DNA of 64,000 nucleotides from Desulfobacterales bacterium (GTDB lineage Bacteria > Desulfobacterota > Desulfobacteria > Desulfobacterales > JAHDSC01). The position numbers and the translations under genes were made by a program. Within the stretch, counting starts at the first letter, position 1. Every line of letters starts with the position of its first letter. Where the stretch lies: NCBI GenBank assembly GCA_016931455.1, contig JAFGES010000064.1:13664-77663 (forward strand). The letters run 5' to 3'. The notes beneath the pieces were generated by a model. The model was not told the origin of the DNA, searched no databases, and worked only from the letters and a program-made list of their open reading frames with translations. Shown one piece after another: positions 27,911 to 36,657 of the stretch.

Positions 27911-29326
27911 TTAAAGTTTTTGTGCAACTTTACAGGTAAGAGAGGGGGAAAATAAAAGAAAATCTTTTTCTTTTTGCGAAGATATCCACTCTATAAAAAT
28001 GCTCACGCATTCCGGGCAAAGCTGCGTTCCACTAGCGCTTTCGATGATTGCGATTGCCTTGTCGTGGGGCATACCTTTTCGATAGGGCCGGTCGGTAGTC
28101 AGGGCGTTATAGGTATCGGCCACAGCCGTCATCCGTGCTTTTAAAGGAATTTTTTCGCCTTTAAGACCGGATGGATAACCCTTGCCGTCAAAGCGTTCGT
28201 GGTGACAAAGCACAATTGAGACAATATCTGCAAGACTGTCGATTGATTTTAAAATGTTTGCACCGATCACGGGATGTTGCTTGATATGGTCAAACTCTTC
28301 AGCCGTAAGTTTTCCGGTTTTCAAGAGGATGCTGTCCCGAATCCCTATTTTACCGATATCGTGCAGTCTTCCACCGATGTTTAAGCGTTCGATTTCCACT
28401 TTATCCAACCGCATGTGTTTGGCCATACCGGATAAAATTTCAGCAACGCATTCCGAATGTCCTTTCGTGTATGCGTCACGGGCTTCAAGTGCCGAGACAA
28501 GGCTTGTGATACTGGAAAGAATCAGATTTCTTTCGGCATCCAGACGTTGTTTTTCCTTGAGAAGCGAACGATATTGATCAAATAAAAATTTTTCAACAAG
28601 AAGAATTAAATGATCTATATTAAAAGGCTTTGTAATATAGGTTTCCGCCCCGATTTTAAGCATATTTTTCATATTGTTGCGATCTTGATTTGAGCTCATT
28701 ACGATAAAGGGAATCGATGATAGGTCGGGATCTGCGTGAACCGCTTTACAGAAGGCAAAACCATCCATTACCGGCATTTCAATATCGCTTAATATCAAAT
28801 CGGGTTGTCTTTTTTGAATTAGGGTTAATGCCTGCCGACCGTTTTCCGCTGTTATAATCTGAAAACCGGCCTTAGTCAAACCTCTTTCCAGCATTTGACG
28901 GATGATTCGAGAGTCATCAACGACCATGATCTGTTTGCTTTGGTGTGGATTCGAGTGAGATAAAATATCACGAATTGCATCCAGCAAGCAGTCTTTCGCC
29001 TCGCTTTTCGAAATATACTTGGACGCACCGGCCTGGAATCCTCTTTCAATATCGGTTTCAGAGTCAAACGAACTTTGAATGATAACCGGAATATTGCGTG
29101 TTTTGGGATTTGATTTTAACTGGAGGCAAAATTCGATACCATCCATGCCGGGCATATCGATATCGGTGATAATTAAGTCCAAATCGTTAACTAATACCTG
29201 TTGCAGTCCTTCTTTTCCATTACCGGCTTCTTTAATTTCAGCATTCAACGGATAAAGATATCTTTTTAACGCATTGCGCATTGCCACGCTGTCGTCGACA
29301 ACAAGAAGGCTGTATGCAGTCATCAA
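27911..29326 (-). CDS. Response regulator with two receiver domains and an HD-GYP c-di-GMP phosphodiesterase domain (RpfG type)
   Basis: Two REC domains (LLVVDD..., IMVVDD...), then HDIGKIGI and HHERFDGKGYP motifs. Confidence 0.85.
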   Translation of the reverse strand: MMTAYSLLVVDDSVAMRNALKRYLYPLNAEIKEAGNGKEGLQQVLVNDLDLIITDIDMPGMDGIEFCLQLKSNPKTRNIPVIIQSSFDSETDIERGFQAGASKYISKSEAKDCLLDAIRDILSHSNPHQSKQIMVVDDSRIIRQMLERGLTKAGFQIITAENGRQALTLIQKRQPDLILSDIEMPVMDGFAFCKAVHADPDLSSIPFIVMSSNQDRNNMKNMLKIGAETYITKPFNIDHLILLVEKFLFDQYRSLLKEKQRLDAERNLILSSITSLVSALEARDAYTKGHSECVAEILSGMAKHMRLDKVEIERLNIGGRLHDIGKIGIRDSILLKTGKLTAEEFDHIKQHPVIGANILKSIDSLADIVSIVLCHHERFDGKGYPSGLKGEKIPLKARMTAVADTYNALTTDRPYRKGMPHDKAIAIIESASGTQLCPECVSIFIEWISSQKEKDFLLFSPSLTCKVAQKL

Positions 29327-29454
29327 TTCCTCCTTCTGCTCCGGCAGAAATCACAAACCTTAAGGTTTGAAGTTCAAATTTGATTTTTTTTAATGTTTGG
29401 TACCGAATTTTCTTCATGAAAATTAATTCCGAGTATTTATTTCTATATCGACCT

Positions 29455-29515
29455 CTTATAGAAAGCCTTGAGGGGAGGTTCGTTGAGGATAGGGACTTCC
29501 GGGAATGCTTTTATG
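29455..29515. repeat. Copy D of the interspersed element, abutting the panB truncation point
   Basis: ATAGAAAGCCTTGAGGGGAGGTTCGTTGAGGATAGGGACTTCCGGGAATGCTTTTAT shares TGAGGGGA, GATAGGGA and GAATGC(C/T)TT with copy A. Confidence 0.55.
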
Positions 29516-29522
29516 TTATTAG

Positions 29523-29858
29523 ATAAATGGAAAACGAGGTAAAACCGAGGATGAAGCATTAAGGCTGATTGACGATGCCAAGGCTATTGAAGAAGCCGGA
29601 GCCGCGATGCTGGTATTGGAAAATATTCCACATGCTTTGGCCGGTCGAGTAACGGAAGCGTTAAGAATTCCAACAATCGGGATTGGTGCAGGACCAAATT
29701 GTGACGGCCAGGTGCAGGTTTTTCATGATTTGTTGGGATTGTTTCCCGATTTTGCCCCACGGCATGCTGTGAAATATGCGGATCTGGGGATTGAGATGAT
29801 TAATGTATTTAAGAAATATGCAGAAGATGTCCGGGCCGACAAACTCGTTTCCAAATAA
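29523..29858 (+). pseudogene. panB: 5'-truncated panB (3-methyl-2-oxobutanoate hydroxymethyltransferase): only the C-terminal ~110 aa remain
   Basis: The frame opens right after TAG 29520-29522. GKRGKTEDEALRLIDDAKAIEEAGAAMLVLENIP...IPTIGIGAGPNCDGQVQVFHDLLG matches the C-terminal third of PanB. The N-terminal ~160 aa are absent. Confidence 0.65.
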
Positions 29859-29963
29859 TGATAGTTGTTCGATGAAATAAAAAACCGATAGAGACTCTTA
29901 TCATAAACCCCGCCGTCGGCGGGGTTTTGAGAAAAGCGAATTCTTTTCACCCCCTGCCGGCTC

Positions 29964-30578
29964 TTAAACGGCTTTTGCCGTCTTAAATCCCCTCGGCTGT
30001 CGCCAATAAAGATATTCCAGTGCTTCCTTGATGGCTAGGTTGATCGGGCGCCTTCGAAAACCGATGTTCGGATTTAATGCGGCGATTCGCATGAAGGTTT
30101 CCTGGTAAACCGGTAACCGCAATCCCGCAGAAACCCCGATTCGAGCGCGCTGCACACCGTCCGGAGAAACAACCGTCATGTGTTTGCAGGGGCTGAATTC
30201 AAGTTCGTTCAGTCGGTTTCTTCTGCTCGCGAAACCAAAGAGCCGGCAGAGAAGGGGTCGGTAGGCATAATACGTGCAGCATCCGCAGTCGGCCCTGCTT
30301 GCATCCGGACGAAAGAGAACGCACGAAAAGTCGTTTTGTGAAACCTGTGCCTCCACGGTTTCCATCACTGAAATTTCTTCTCCCCGTTCAAAAATGGCTT
30401 CGGCGATTGGAATCGCCTCCAGAACCGTCGCTTCGATCTGTTGGGTTTTGCAGCAAGCCCCACATCCATCAGGGCAGCGTAGCGAGGCGACTTTTTGAAG
30501 TCGGTTTGTTTTGCGGTCGATGCTGCGATATATTCTGGAAATTTCATAAGAAAGAGACAGTATATCATTTGTATTCAA
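29964..30578 (-). CDS. YkgJ/UPF0153-family cysteine-cluster (zinc/iron-chelating) protein
   Basis: CPDGCGACCK...CTYYAYRPLLCRLFG pattern. Confidence 0.75.
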   Translation of the reverse strand: MNTNDILSLSYEISRIYRSIDRKTNRLQKVASLRCPDGCGACCKTQQIEATVLEAIPIAEAIFERGEEISVMETVEAQVSQNDFSCVLFRPDASRADCGCCTYYAYRPLLCRLFGFASRRNRLNELEFSPCKHMTVVSPDGVQRARIGVSAGLRLPVYQETFMRIAALNPNIGFRRRPINLAIKEALEYLYWRQPRGFKTAKAV

Positions 30579-30763
30579 GTTTAAATGCCATCCTACAGTT
30601 TCCGACTTTGTCCAAGGACCGGCTCGGAAATGCCTGCTTACAGACTGTAATTTTTACGAATCGATACATGAAATCTAATTCAGCGGCGGGGGATAATACG
30701 GATTTTTTTAAAAAAAGCAATATGAATTTCAGCACCTGAGAAAAATTAAAATTGAGCATATAC

Positions 30764-30809
30764 ATTGCATTGCATTATATTGCATTAAATGATAAATTAT
30801 ATATGCAAT
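30764..30809. promoter_or_regulatory. ATTGCAT repeat/palindrome cluster (operator candidate) in a divergent intergenic region
   Basis: ATTGCATTGCATTATATTGCATT, then 16 nt further, ATGCAAT (the inverted copy). Confidence 0.35.
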
Positions 30810-30931
30810 CATACCTAATATTGCGGTTTATATCGATTCCGTACAAATACAAAATTATAAAATTCCGATACATAGACTTTTCAAAAAGCAGGTTATTATC
30901 AACTCCAATATCAGAGGAAAGGAGAAGGGAA

Positions 30932-31252
30932 ATGAATCAGCGCATTTGTGGGAAGTATCTTATTATCTTGTTCAGTTTGATTGTCCTGTTTTTTCCCGTT
31001 TCGGCGACCTTTGGTGAAGAGATCTCCCCATCTCCCATAGCCACCGGAGATTCGAGTACCCCCACGAAAGATCCGGATTTAAAATTGAAACCGCCTATGA
31101 ACTTGAAATGCAGGGTATATCCATCTACCATGCAGAGGAAGAAGTTGCAGAAATCGAAATCAAAAGGGTACAAGACGATATATTCATCTGGTGAGAATCC
31201 GACAGTCTTGCCTTTTCCCCCAGAAAATCAGAACAAAGGAGAACGGAAATGA
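30932..31252 (+). pseudogene. Decayed tandem duplicate of the 5' end of the downstream MscS gene (106 codons, signal-peptide-like N-terminus)
   Basis: The RBS plus the first ~165 nt are ~75% identical to 31234-31412 (MNQRICGKYLIILFSLIVLFFPVSA.. versus MNQRIYGRYFILLSLIVLFFAVSA..). After that the frame loses similarity. The copies are offset by 317 bp. Confidence 0.5.
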
Positions 31253-32517
31253 ATCAGCGAATTTATGGAAGATATTTTATTCTTTTGAGTTTGATTGTTT
31301 TGTTTTTTGCTGTTTCGGCGGTGTTTTGCCAAGAGCTTCCCCCCTCTCCTGTAACCGCCGGAGATCCGAATATCCCGATGGAGAACCTAGATTTAATACT
31401 AAAACCGCTGACCCGGGAGGAATTGATCGTCGAAGCCGATGGATGGCGAGACCTGCTGAAAAAGAAGGTATCGGAAATCAGTATGGAGCAAATTCGGAGT
31501 AAAACCGCTGAAGATGTCGAAAAAGAGACTATTTTAAAACGGATTTCTCAACTTCGAGAAGAACGTACCGGCCTGATTGATCGTTTGAATACCGTTCTTA
31601 AAGCCTTGCTTGCCAAAGGCGGGGAAATAAAAGTTTATGAACAATATGCCAATGCGGTTTCAGGTATCGATATCGGCAGAGAGGACGCCTTTTCCACCTG
31701 GATGGCCATCCAGAGTTGGCTGTTTTCCAAAGAAGGGGGTATCCGCTGGGGGACAAATATCATCAAGTTCATCCTCATCCTGGTTGTTTTTAAAATTTTA
31801 GGCAACATCATTGCAGGGGTGACACGAAGAACACTAAAGAAAGCCAAGCTTTCGGAGTTGCTCAAGGACTTTGTGGCCAATACGGCTCAGAAAATCATGA
31901 TCATCTTGGGATTGATGATCGCCTTGTCCATGCTGGAAGTAAACATCGGGCCCCTTCTAGCCGGTCTCGGGGTCATCGGATTCGTCGTTGGGTTTGCTCT
32001 GCAGAATACCCTTTCCAATTTCGCTGCAGGATTCATGTTGCTGCTATACCGACCGTATGATATCGGTGAGGTCGTCAACGCCGGCGGCGCAATCGGAACG
32101 GTTGATTCCATGAATCTGGTATCCACCACCATTAAAACCCCCGACAACCAAAATGTGATCGTGCCCAACGGCAAAATCTGGGGGGATGTTATTACCAACA
32201 TTACCGGCAATGATATCCGACGCGTCGATTTTGTTTTCGGTATTGGATATGATGACGACATCGCCAAAGCCCAAAGTGTTCTGGAGCAAATCCTCAGCGA
32301 ACACCAAAAGGTTCTGAAAAGCCCTGCACCCCTTATCAAAGTCCATGAACTGGCCGATTCCTCAGTAAATTTTATATGTCGTCCCTGGGCGCGGACATCG
32401 GATTACTGGGATGTGTATTGGGATATCACACGGGCCGTCAAGGAAAGATTTGATGCGGAAGGCATCAGCATTCCATATCCCCAGCAGGATGTACACATAC
32501 ACCAGGTAACCGCCTGA
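31249..32517 (+). CDS. MscS-family mechanosensitive channel
   Basis: GFALQNTLSNFAAGFMLLLYRPYDIGEVV...GTVDSMNLVSTTIKTPDNQNVIVPNGKI is the canonical MscS core. Confidence 0.85.
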   Translation: MNQRIYGRYFILLSLIVLFFAVSAVFCQELPPSPVTAGDPNIPMENLDLILKPLTREELIVEADGWRDLLKKKVSEISMEQIRSKTAEDVEKETILKRISQLREERTGLIDRLNTVLKALLAKGGEIKVYEQYANAVSGIDIGREDAFSTWMAIQSWLFSKEGGIRWGTNIIKFILILVVFKILGNIIAGVTRRTLKKAKLSELLKDFVANTAQKIMIILGLMIALSMLEVNIGPLLAGLGVIGFVVGFALQNTLSNFAAGFMLLLYRPYDIGEVVNAGGAIGTVDSMNLVSTTIKTPDNQNVIVPNGKIWGDVITNITGNDIRRVDFVFGIGYDDDIAKAQSVLEQILSEHQKVLKSPAPLIKVHELADSSVNFICRPWARTSDYWDVYWDITRAVKERFDAEGISIPYPQQDVHIHQVTA

Positions 32518-32561
32518 TAGGATTTTTCAGCTCTTTTCGAATCACCATGCAACAAGCTCAT

Positions 32562-32609
32562 ATGATCGGGAATACTTCTTTTACCAAGAGGTTATTCCCG
32601 ATCATTTTT
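32562..32609 (+). terminator. Rho-independent terminator after the MscS gene
   Basis: 13-bp perfect stem ATGATCGGGAATA / TATTCCCGATCAT followed by a T-run. Confidence 0.7.
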
Positions 32610-32990
32610 AAGTGGTTCGATTAAATGAAATATTTGAAGAATAATTATTCCTACCTTTTCTCACCGGCAATGCGTACAAACCCCTTTGACAAAACTTCTT
32701 CACCGGTATTTTTGCAACCTTTTCCGCATGCATTGATTTTCGAATATATTCCGCTACAATTATGCCTTATGCGACATCGTCGGTCGATTGAGAATTGAGT
32801 TTGTCCAAAGCTTGTTCTCGCCTAAGCGAGGAAACAGTAATTTTGTTTGATGCGAAACGGTGGTTCCGGCTATTTTTATTGACACAAAGAAGGTCTTCTT
32901 TTAGGGAATAATAGATAGTCCAGTGATTTGCTCGGAAGAAAATGATGGAACCGAGATTTGATAGTAATTCCTAAATTCGGGGATTAAACA

Positions 32991-35900
32991 ATGCATGAAA
33001 ATGGAAAGGACAATGATTTCGATCCCTCAAAAGCTGCCAATATCCTGCACCTGTCCGATCTTCATTTCGGCGCCGACAAAGAATCAGACCCCGGTGCCGA
33101 TGCGGAAAAATGGTATGGCCGGCTTGTCGATGATCTCTGCAAAGAACTCGGTTGTGAACGCCTTCAGGCGATAATTCTTTCGGGGGATATCGGCAATTTT
33201 TCCGAGTCGGAGGAATACGAGGCGGCAGAGGTCTTTATAAACAAACTTTGCAAAAAATTCAGCCTGGGCCCCTCACAACTTAGTATTGTTCCTGGAAATC
33301 ACGATCTTAACTGGAAGCTCTCTAAAAATAGCTACCGGTTTCTCTATGAGGAAAATCACGATGAGGCTTTGAAAGAAGGGCATTTTATCAGAGTCAACGA
33401 AGATCTCATCGGTCTCAGGGATGATAATGCTTACAGGAAGCGGTTTGAGCATTTCAGCCGATTCCACGAAACCATCACCGGGACTTCCTATCCCCTTGAT
33501 CCAAATGAACAGGCAATCTTCAGCCATTTATCGGAGCTGAACCTGCTTATTGTGGGTTTTAATTCTTCATGGGAAACGGATCATCATTTCAAGACTAGAA
33601 TCTCCATCAATCCGGATGCCTTTGAATCTGCATTAGATCAGATCCGGGAACGGGAGGAATATAAAAACAGTATCAAATTTGCCGTCTGGCATCATCCTTT
33701 GTCGAGTCCGGGGGATGACCGTCTCAAGGATCACGGGTTTATGCAACGTCTGGCTCAGGCGGAGTTTTGTATTTGCCTCCATGGCCACATCCACAAATCC
33801 GATGCCGGCCTGTACCGATACGATATGGCTGCCGATGGTCGCCGAATCCATGTAATTGGCGCCGGAACTTTCGGTGCGCCGGTAAAAGATTGGACACCAG
33901 GGTACCCGCTGCAATACAATTTACTTCGGCTTTCAGAAAATTCCTTGCGGGTTGAAAGCCGCTGCCGCACGGAAATCAACGGCACGTGGGGCCCGGATCA
34001 TTTGTGGCGGCAGGGTCAGGGAAAGCCCAACTTGCCGTATTACGATATTTCCCTTGCACGTATTGATGCACAAAAACCCAAGCCGCCTCCTCCACCCGAT
34101 TTCGACCTGGAGAACCAAATCCGGGACTATTGCAAAAAGGCGGAGGGCCTGCACGAAAAACTGCCCTTATTCGGCTTCAAAACACGGCTCAAGGTTCCTA
34201 TCGATATTGCGGACATTTATGTTCCCCTTCGGGCCATGATCGACTTGCGGGCAACGGGGCACTCCTATTTCGCCGATGCCGAGGATGCGGAAAATTGTCT
34301 TCGTAAGCAGGGGGTTGATCGTGAAATCTCCGTCCCCGATGCCTTTCGGGAAGCGGAAAAGATGAAACCCCCGCGCCGGGGCATCGTCATCCTTGGGGAT
34401 CCGGGTTCCGGCAAGACCACCCACATGAAACGAATTCTGCTCTGGTGCCTACGCGGTGAACTCAGTCAGATAGGGCTTCCGGAAGACATGATCCCGGTCT
34501 TTTTGCCGCTACGCGAGCTGAAAGATGTCAATAGCGGGCTGGATGCTTTCATCCAGGGCCAGCTCGCTCATCCTCTTCTGGATACACCCAAAGATTTCGG
34601 AAAGCGGTTGTTGGACCGTGGTAGCCTTCTGTTTCTCCTTGACGGCTTGGATGAAGTGGCGGACCAGAATCTACGCAGCAAGGTCTCACGTTGGATCGAG
34701 ACTGCCTTGAAAGTCCATCGCAACTGCAGGTTTGTCGTCACCTGCCGGTTTGCGGGCTATACCGAGCAAGCGCGGCTCGACGCCGATTTTCTAGAGATGC
34801 ATGTCAGACCCCTTAATGAAAATCAGGCCGAAACCTTCATTCGAAACTGGTACCGCATCGTTGAAACCGGGCTTATTTCGGACCCGGTGCAGGCCAAGGC
34901 ATTGGCCTTGGAGAAGGCGGATCATCTGATCGATCGACTCCGTAAGCCTGAATTTCGAGCGCGACGGATCTTTGAAATGACCCGTAACCCCCTGTTGCTT
35001 ACCAATATCTGCCTGGTACACCAGAGCCGGAACAATCTGCCCCAAACCCGTGCGCTTCTTTATGATGAATGCATCGATGTGCTGCTGGAAAAGTGGCGGG
35101 GTGCTATCGGCTTCCAAAGTCGGATCAAAACTCAGGGCGGCCGCCTAGTGCTTCAGCCTGCGGCCTTGTGGATGCACCAGGAAGAGAATCGCAGACGGGC
35201 CTCGGCGGCTGAGCTGTCACCGATTATCGAACCGGCATTGAAAGCCGTGGGTTGGCAGCATGGGTCAGCGTCCGATTTCCTCGAGTTAATTCGGGATGAA
35301 AGCGGCCTGCTGACCGGCTGGAGCGGTGATCAATACGGCTTCATGCACCTGGGCTTTCAGGAATATTTGGCCGCCAGGGAAATTCAGAACCGGGCCTTTC
35401 GCGACCGGAAAATACTTCGAGAATTGGCAAAGCGCTTCGGAGAGAGCTGGTGGCAGGAGGTGACACTGCTCCTTTTGGCATTGGACAACCCCTGTCTTTT
35501 TGCGGAGTTTATGGAGGAAGTGGTCAAATTGTCCGCATTTGCGGATTATACTGAATTTATGGCGATGTGCCTGGAGGAATCATCGGAAAGGACCGTCGAG
35601 CCCTTTATGGAGTTGCTTAAGGCTGAGCCCGGAGAAAATGAAGAGTTTTGGGTTCGGCAGCTTGCGGCGCTACGAATCGTCGAGCGAATGGACAAAACTA
35701 CCCTCGAATCCATGGCATCGAAACTTCGAATGCATCCCTACAGCAAGATCAGGAAATGGTTTGAAACCCGGAACATTGAGACAGGACAGGAGGTCATTCA
35801 GGCAACGCAGGGCGGTTATGAACTTGTTTTTGTCCCGGGCGGCAGGTTCTTGATGGGATCTCCGGCTATGGAGCAAGGGCGTTATGATTGGGAAGGTCCT

Positions 35901-36527
35901 CAACATGAAGTGACCGTGCCTGATTTTTACATAGGCCGTTATCCGGTTACAAACGAGGAATATGGTCGGTTTATCCAAGCTACATCGTATCAAGAACCCG
36001 AATATTGGGGTGATCGTAGATACAACCAGCCCCGGCAGCCGGTTGTGGGGGTGAGTTGGCACGATGCAAAAGCCTTTGCCGAATGGGCCGGTCTGCAGCT
36101 TCCGTCTGAGGCTCAGTGGGAATATGCCTGCCGCGCGGGCACCACCACGCCGTATTACAGCGGAAATTCGGAGACTGATCTTGAGCGTGCCGGATGGTAT
36201 TATCGAAACTCAGGAGACAAATTGCATCCTGTCGGTGAAAAAGAACCCAATAATTTCGGTCTTTATGATATGCACGGCAATGTGTGGGAATGGTGTGAGG
36301 ATCATTGGCATAGCAATTACAAAGATGCACCGATCGATGGCAGTGCCTGGGTGGATCGAAATGAGGGCGGGAACCGGGTCCTTCGCGGCGGCTCGTGGGG
36401 CTACGGTGCCGGGTACTGCCGGACGGCGTCCCGCGTCAGGCGCGGCCCCGACCTCCGGGGCAACGACTACGGGTTCCGGCTTGTCCGCCTTCCAGGTCAC
36501 CGGGCCAGGTGGATGCCGGCCTGCTGA
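32991..36527 (+). CDS. NLR-like STAND NTPase (1178 aa): N-terminal calcineurin-like metallophosphoesterase, central NACHT P-loop NTPase, helical region, C-terminal FGE-sulfatase (C-type-lectin fold) domain
   Basis: MPE motifs LSDLHFG, GDIGN, VPGNHD, WHHP, LHGHIH. Walker A GDPGSGKTT and Walker B LLFLLDGLDEV. FGE motifs FLMGSP, YPVTNEEY, VVGVSWHDA, LPSEAQWEYA, YDMHGNVWEWC, RGGSW, YGFRLVR. Confidence 0.85.
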   Translation: MHENGKDNDFDPSKAANILHLSDLHFGADKESDPGADAEKWYGRLVDDLCKELGCERLQAIILSGDIGNFSESEEYEAAEVFINKLCKKFSLGPSQLSIVPGNHDLNWKLSKNSYRFLYEENHDEALKEGHFIRVNEDLIGLRDDNAYRKRFEHFSRFHETITGTSYPLDPNEQAIFSHLSELNLLIVGFNSSWETDHHFKTRISINPDAFESALDQIREREEYKNSIKFAVWHHPLSSPGDDRLKDHGFMQRLAQAEFCICLHGHIHKSDAGLYRYDMAADGRRIHVIGAGTFGAPVKDWTPGYPLQYNLLRLSENSLRVESRCRTEINGTWGPDHLWRQGQGKPNLPYYDISLARIDAQKPKPPPPPDFDLENQIRDYCKKAEGLHEKLPLFGFKTRLKVPIDIADIYVPLRAMIDLRATGHSYFADAEDAENCLRKQGVDREISVPDAFREAEKMKPPRRGIVILGDPGSGKTTHMKRILLWCLRGELSQIGLPEDMIPVFLPLRELKDVNSGLDAFIQGQLAHPLLDTPKDFGKRLLDRGSLLFLLDGLDEVADQNLRSKVSRWIETALKVHRNCRFVVTCRFAGYTEQARLDADFLEMHVRPLNENQAETFIRNWYRIVETGLISDPVQAKALALEKADHLIDRLRKPEFRARRIFEMTRNPLLLTNICLVHQSRNNLPQTRALLYDECIDVLLEKWRGAIGFQSRIKTQGGRLVLQPAALWMHQEENRRRASAAELSPIIEPALKAVGWQHGSASDFLELIRDESGLLTGWSGDQYGFMHLGFQEYLAAREIQNRAFRDRKILRELAKRFGESWWQEVTLLLLALDNPCLFAEFMEEVVKLSAFADYTEFMAMCLEESSERTVEPFMELLKAEPGENEEFWVRQLAALRIVERMDKTTLESMASKLRMHPYSKIRKWFETRNIETGQEVIQATQGGYELVFVPGGRFLMGSPAMEQGRYDWEGPQHEVTVPDFYIGRYPVTNEEYGRFIQATSYQEPEYWGDRRYNQPRQPVVGVSWHDAKAFAEWAGLQLPSEAQWEYACRAGTTTPYYSGNSETDLERAGWYYRNSGDKLHPVGEKEPNNFGLYDMHGNVWEWCEDHWHSNYKDAPIDGSAWVDRNEGGNRVLRGGSWGYGAGYCRTASRVRRGPDLRGNDYGFRLVRLPGHRARWMPAC
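36366..36497 (+). other. Candidate DGR variable region VR-1 (last 44 conserved codons of the FGE domain)
   Basis: See the first finding: compared with 39264-39395 there are 29 identical codons, and 18 of 20 differences fall at codon positions 1-2. Confidence 0.55.
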
Positions 36528-36530
36528 CCC

Positions 36531-36546
36531 GGACGGAATCCCGTCC
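36531..36546 (+). other. GC hairpin (6-bp stem, 4-nt loop) followed by TTTT, ~32 nt after VR-1. Either a terminator or a DGR target-recognition hairpin.
   Basis: GGACGG-aatc-CCGTCC, then CCGGTTTTAT. Confidence 0.4.
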
Positions 36547-36657
36547 CCGGTTTTATCTGGGGCGAAAACGCAACACCCTGCCGGGGCTGGTAGCTTGAGC
36601 GGATGCCTGGTGAAGGTCCCGACGGGTTTTTACACCATAAAAAATAAGTAGGTAAAT

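Noticed and set aside
30752-30931. N-terminal extension of the track ORF 30752..31252
   Set aside because: The upstream 180 nt are AT-rich palindromic promoter-like DNA. A strong RBS (GGAAAGGAGAAGGGAA) precedes the internal ATG at 30932, which also aligns with the MscS start.
32625-32798. 57-codon ORF in the intergenic region upstream of the NACHT gene, and a 55-codon ORF at 39428..39595 after the second paralog
   Set aside because: No RBS or motif support, and odd composition. The second overlaps the long inverted repeat. They are kept only as possible leader or remnant sequence.
32862-32871. GGTTCCGGCT 10-mer upstream of the first NACHT gene as a possible DGR template repeat
   Set aside because: Only 10 nt match the VR block and the flanking sequence is unrelated. 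No RT ORF (YxDD) is present anywhere in the window.
33273-36651. Numerous alternative-frame and antisense ORFs within the first NACHT gene (for example 36064..36651, 36210..36500, 35670..36062)
   Set aside because: They are a by-product of locally high GC. Their translations are Arg/Pro/Ala-rich, while the main frame carries complete phosphoesterase, NACHT and FGE motif sets.
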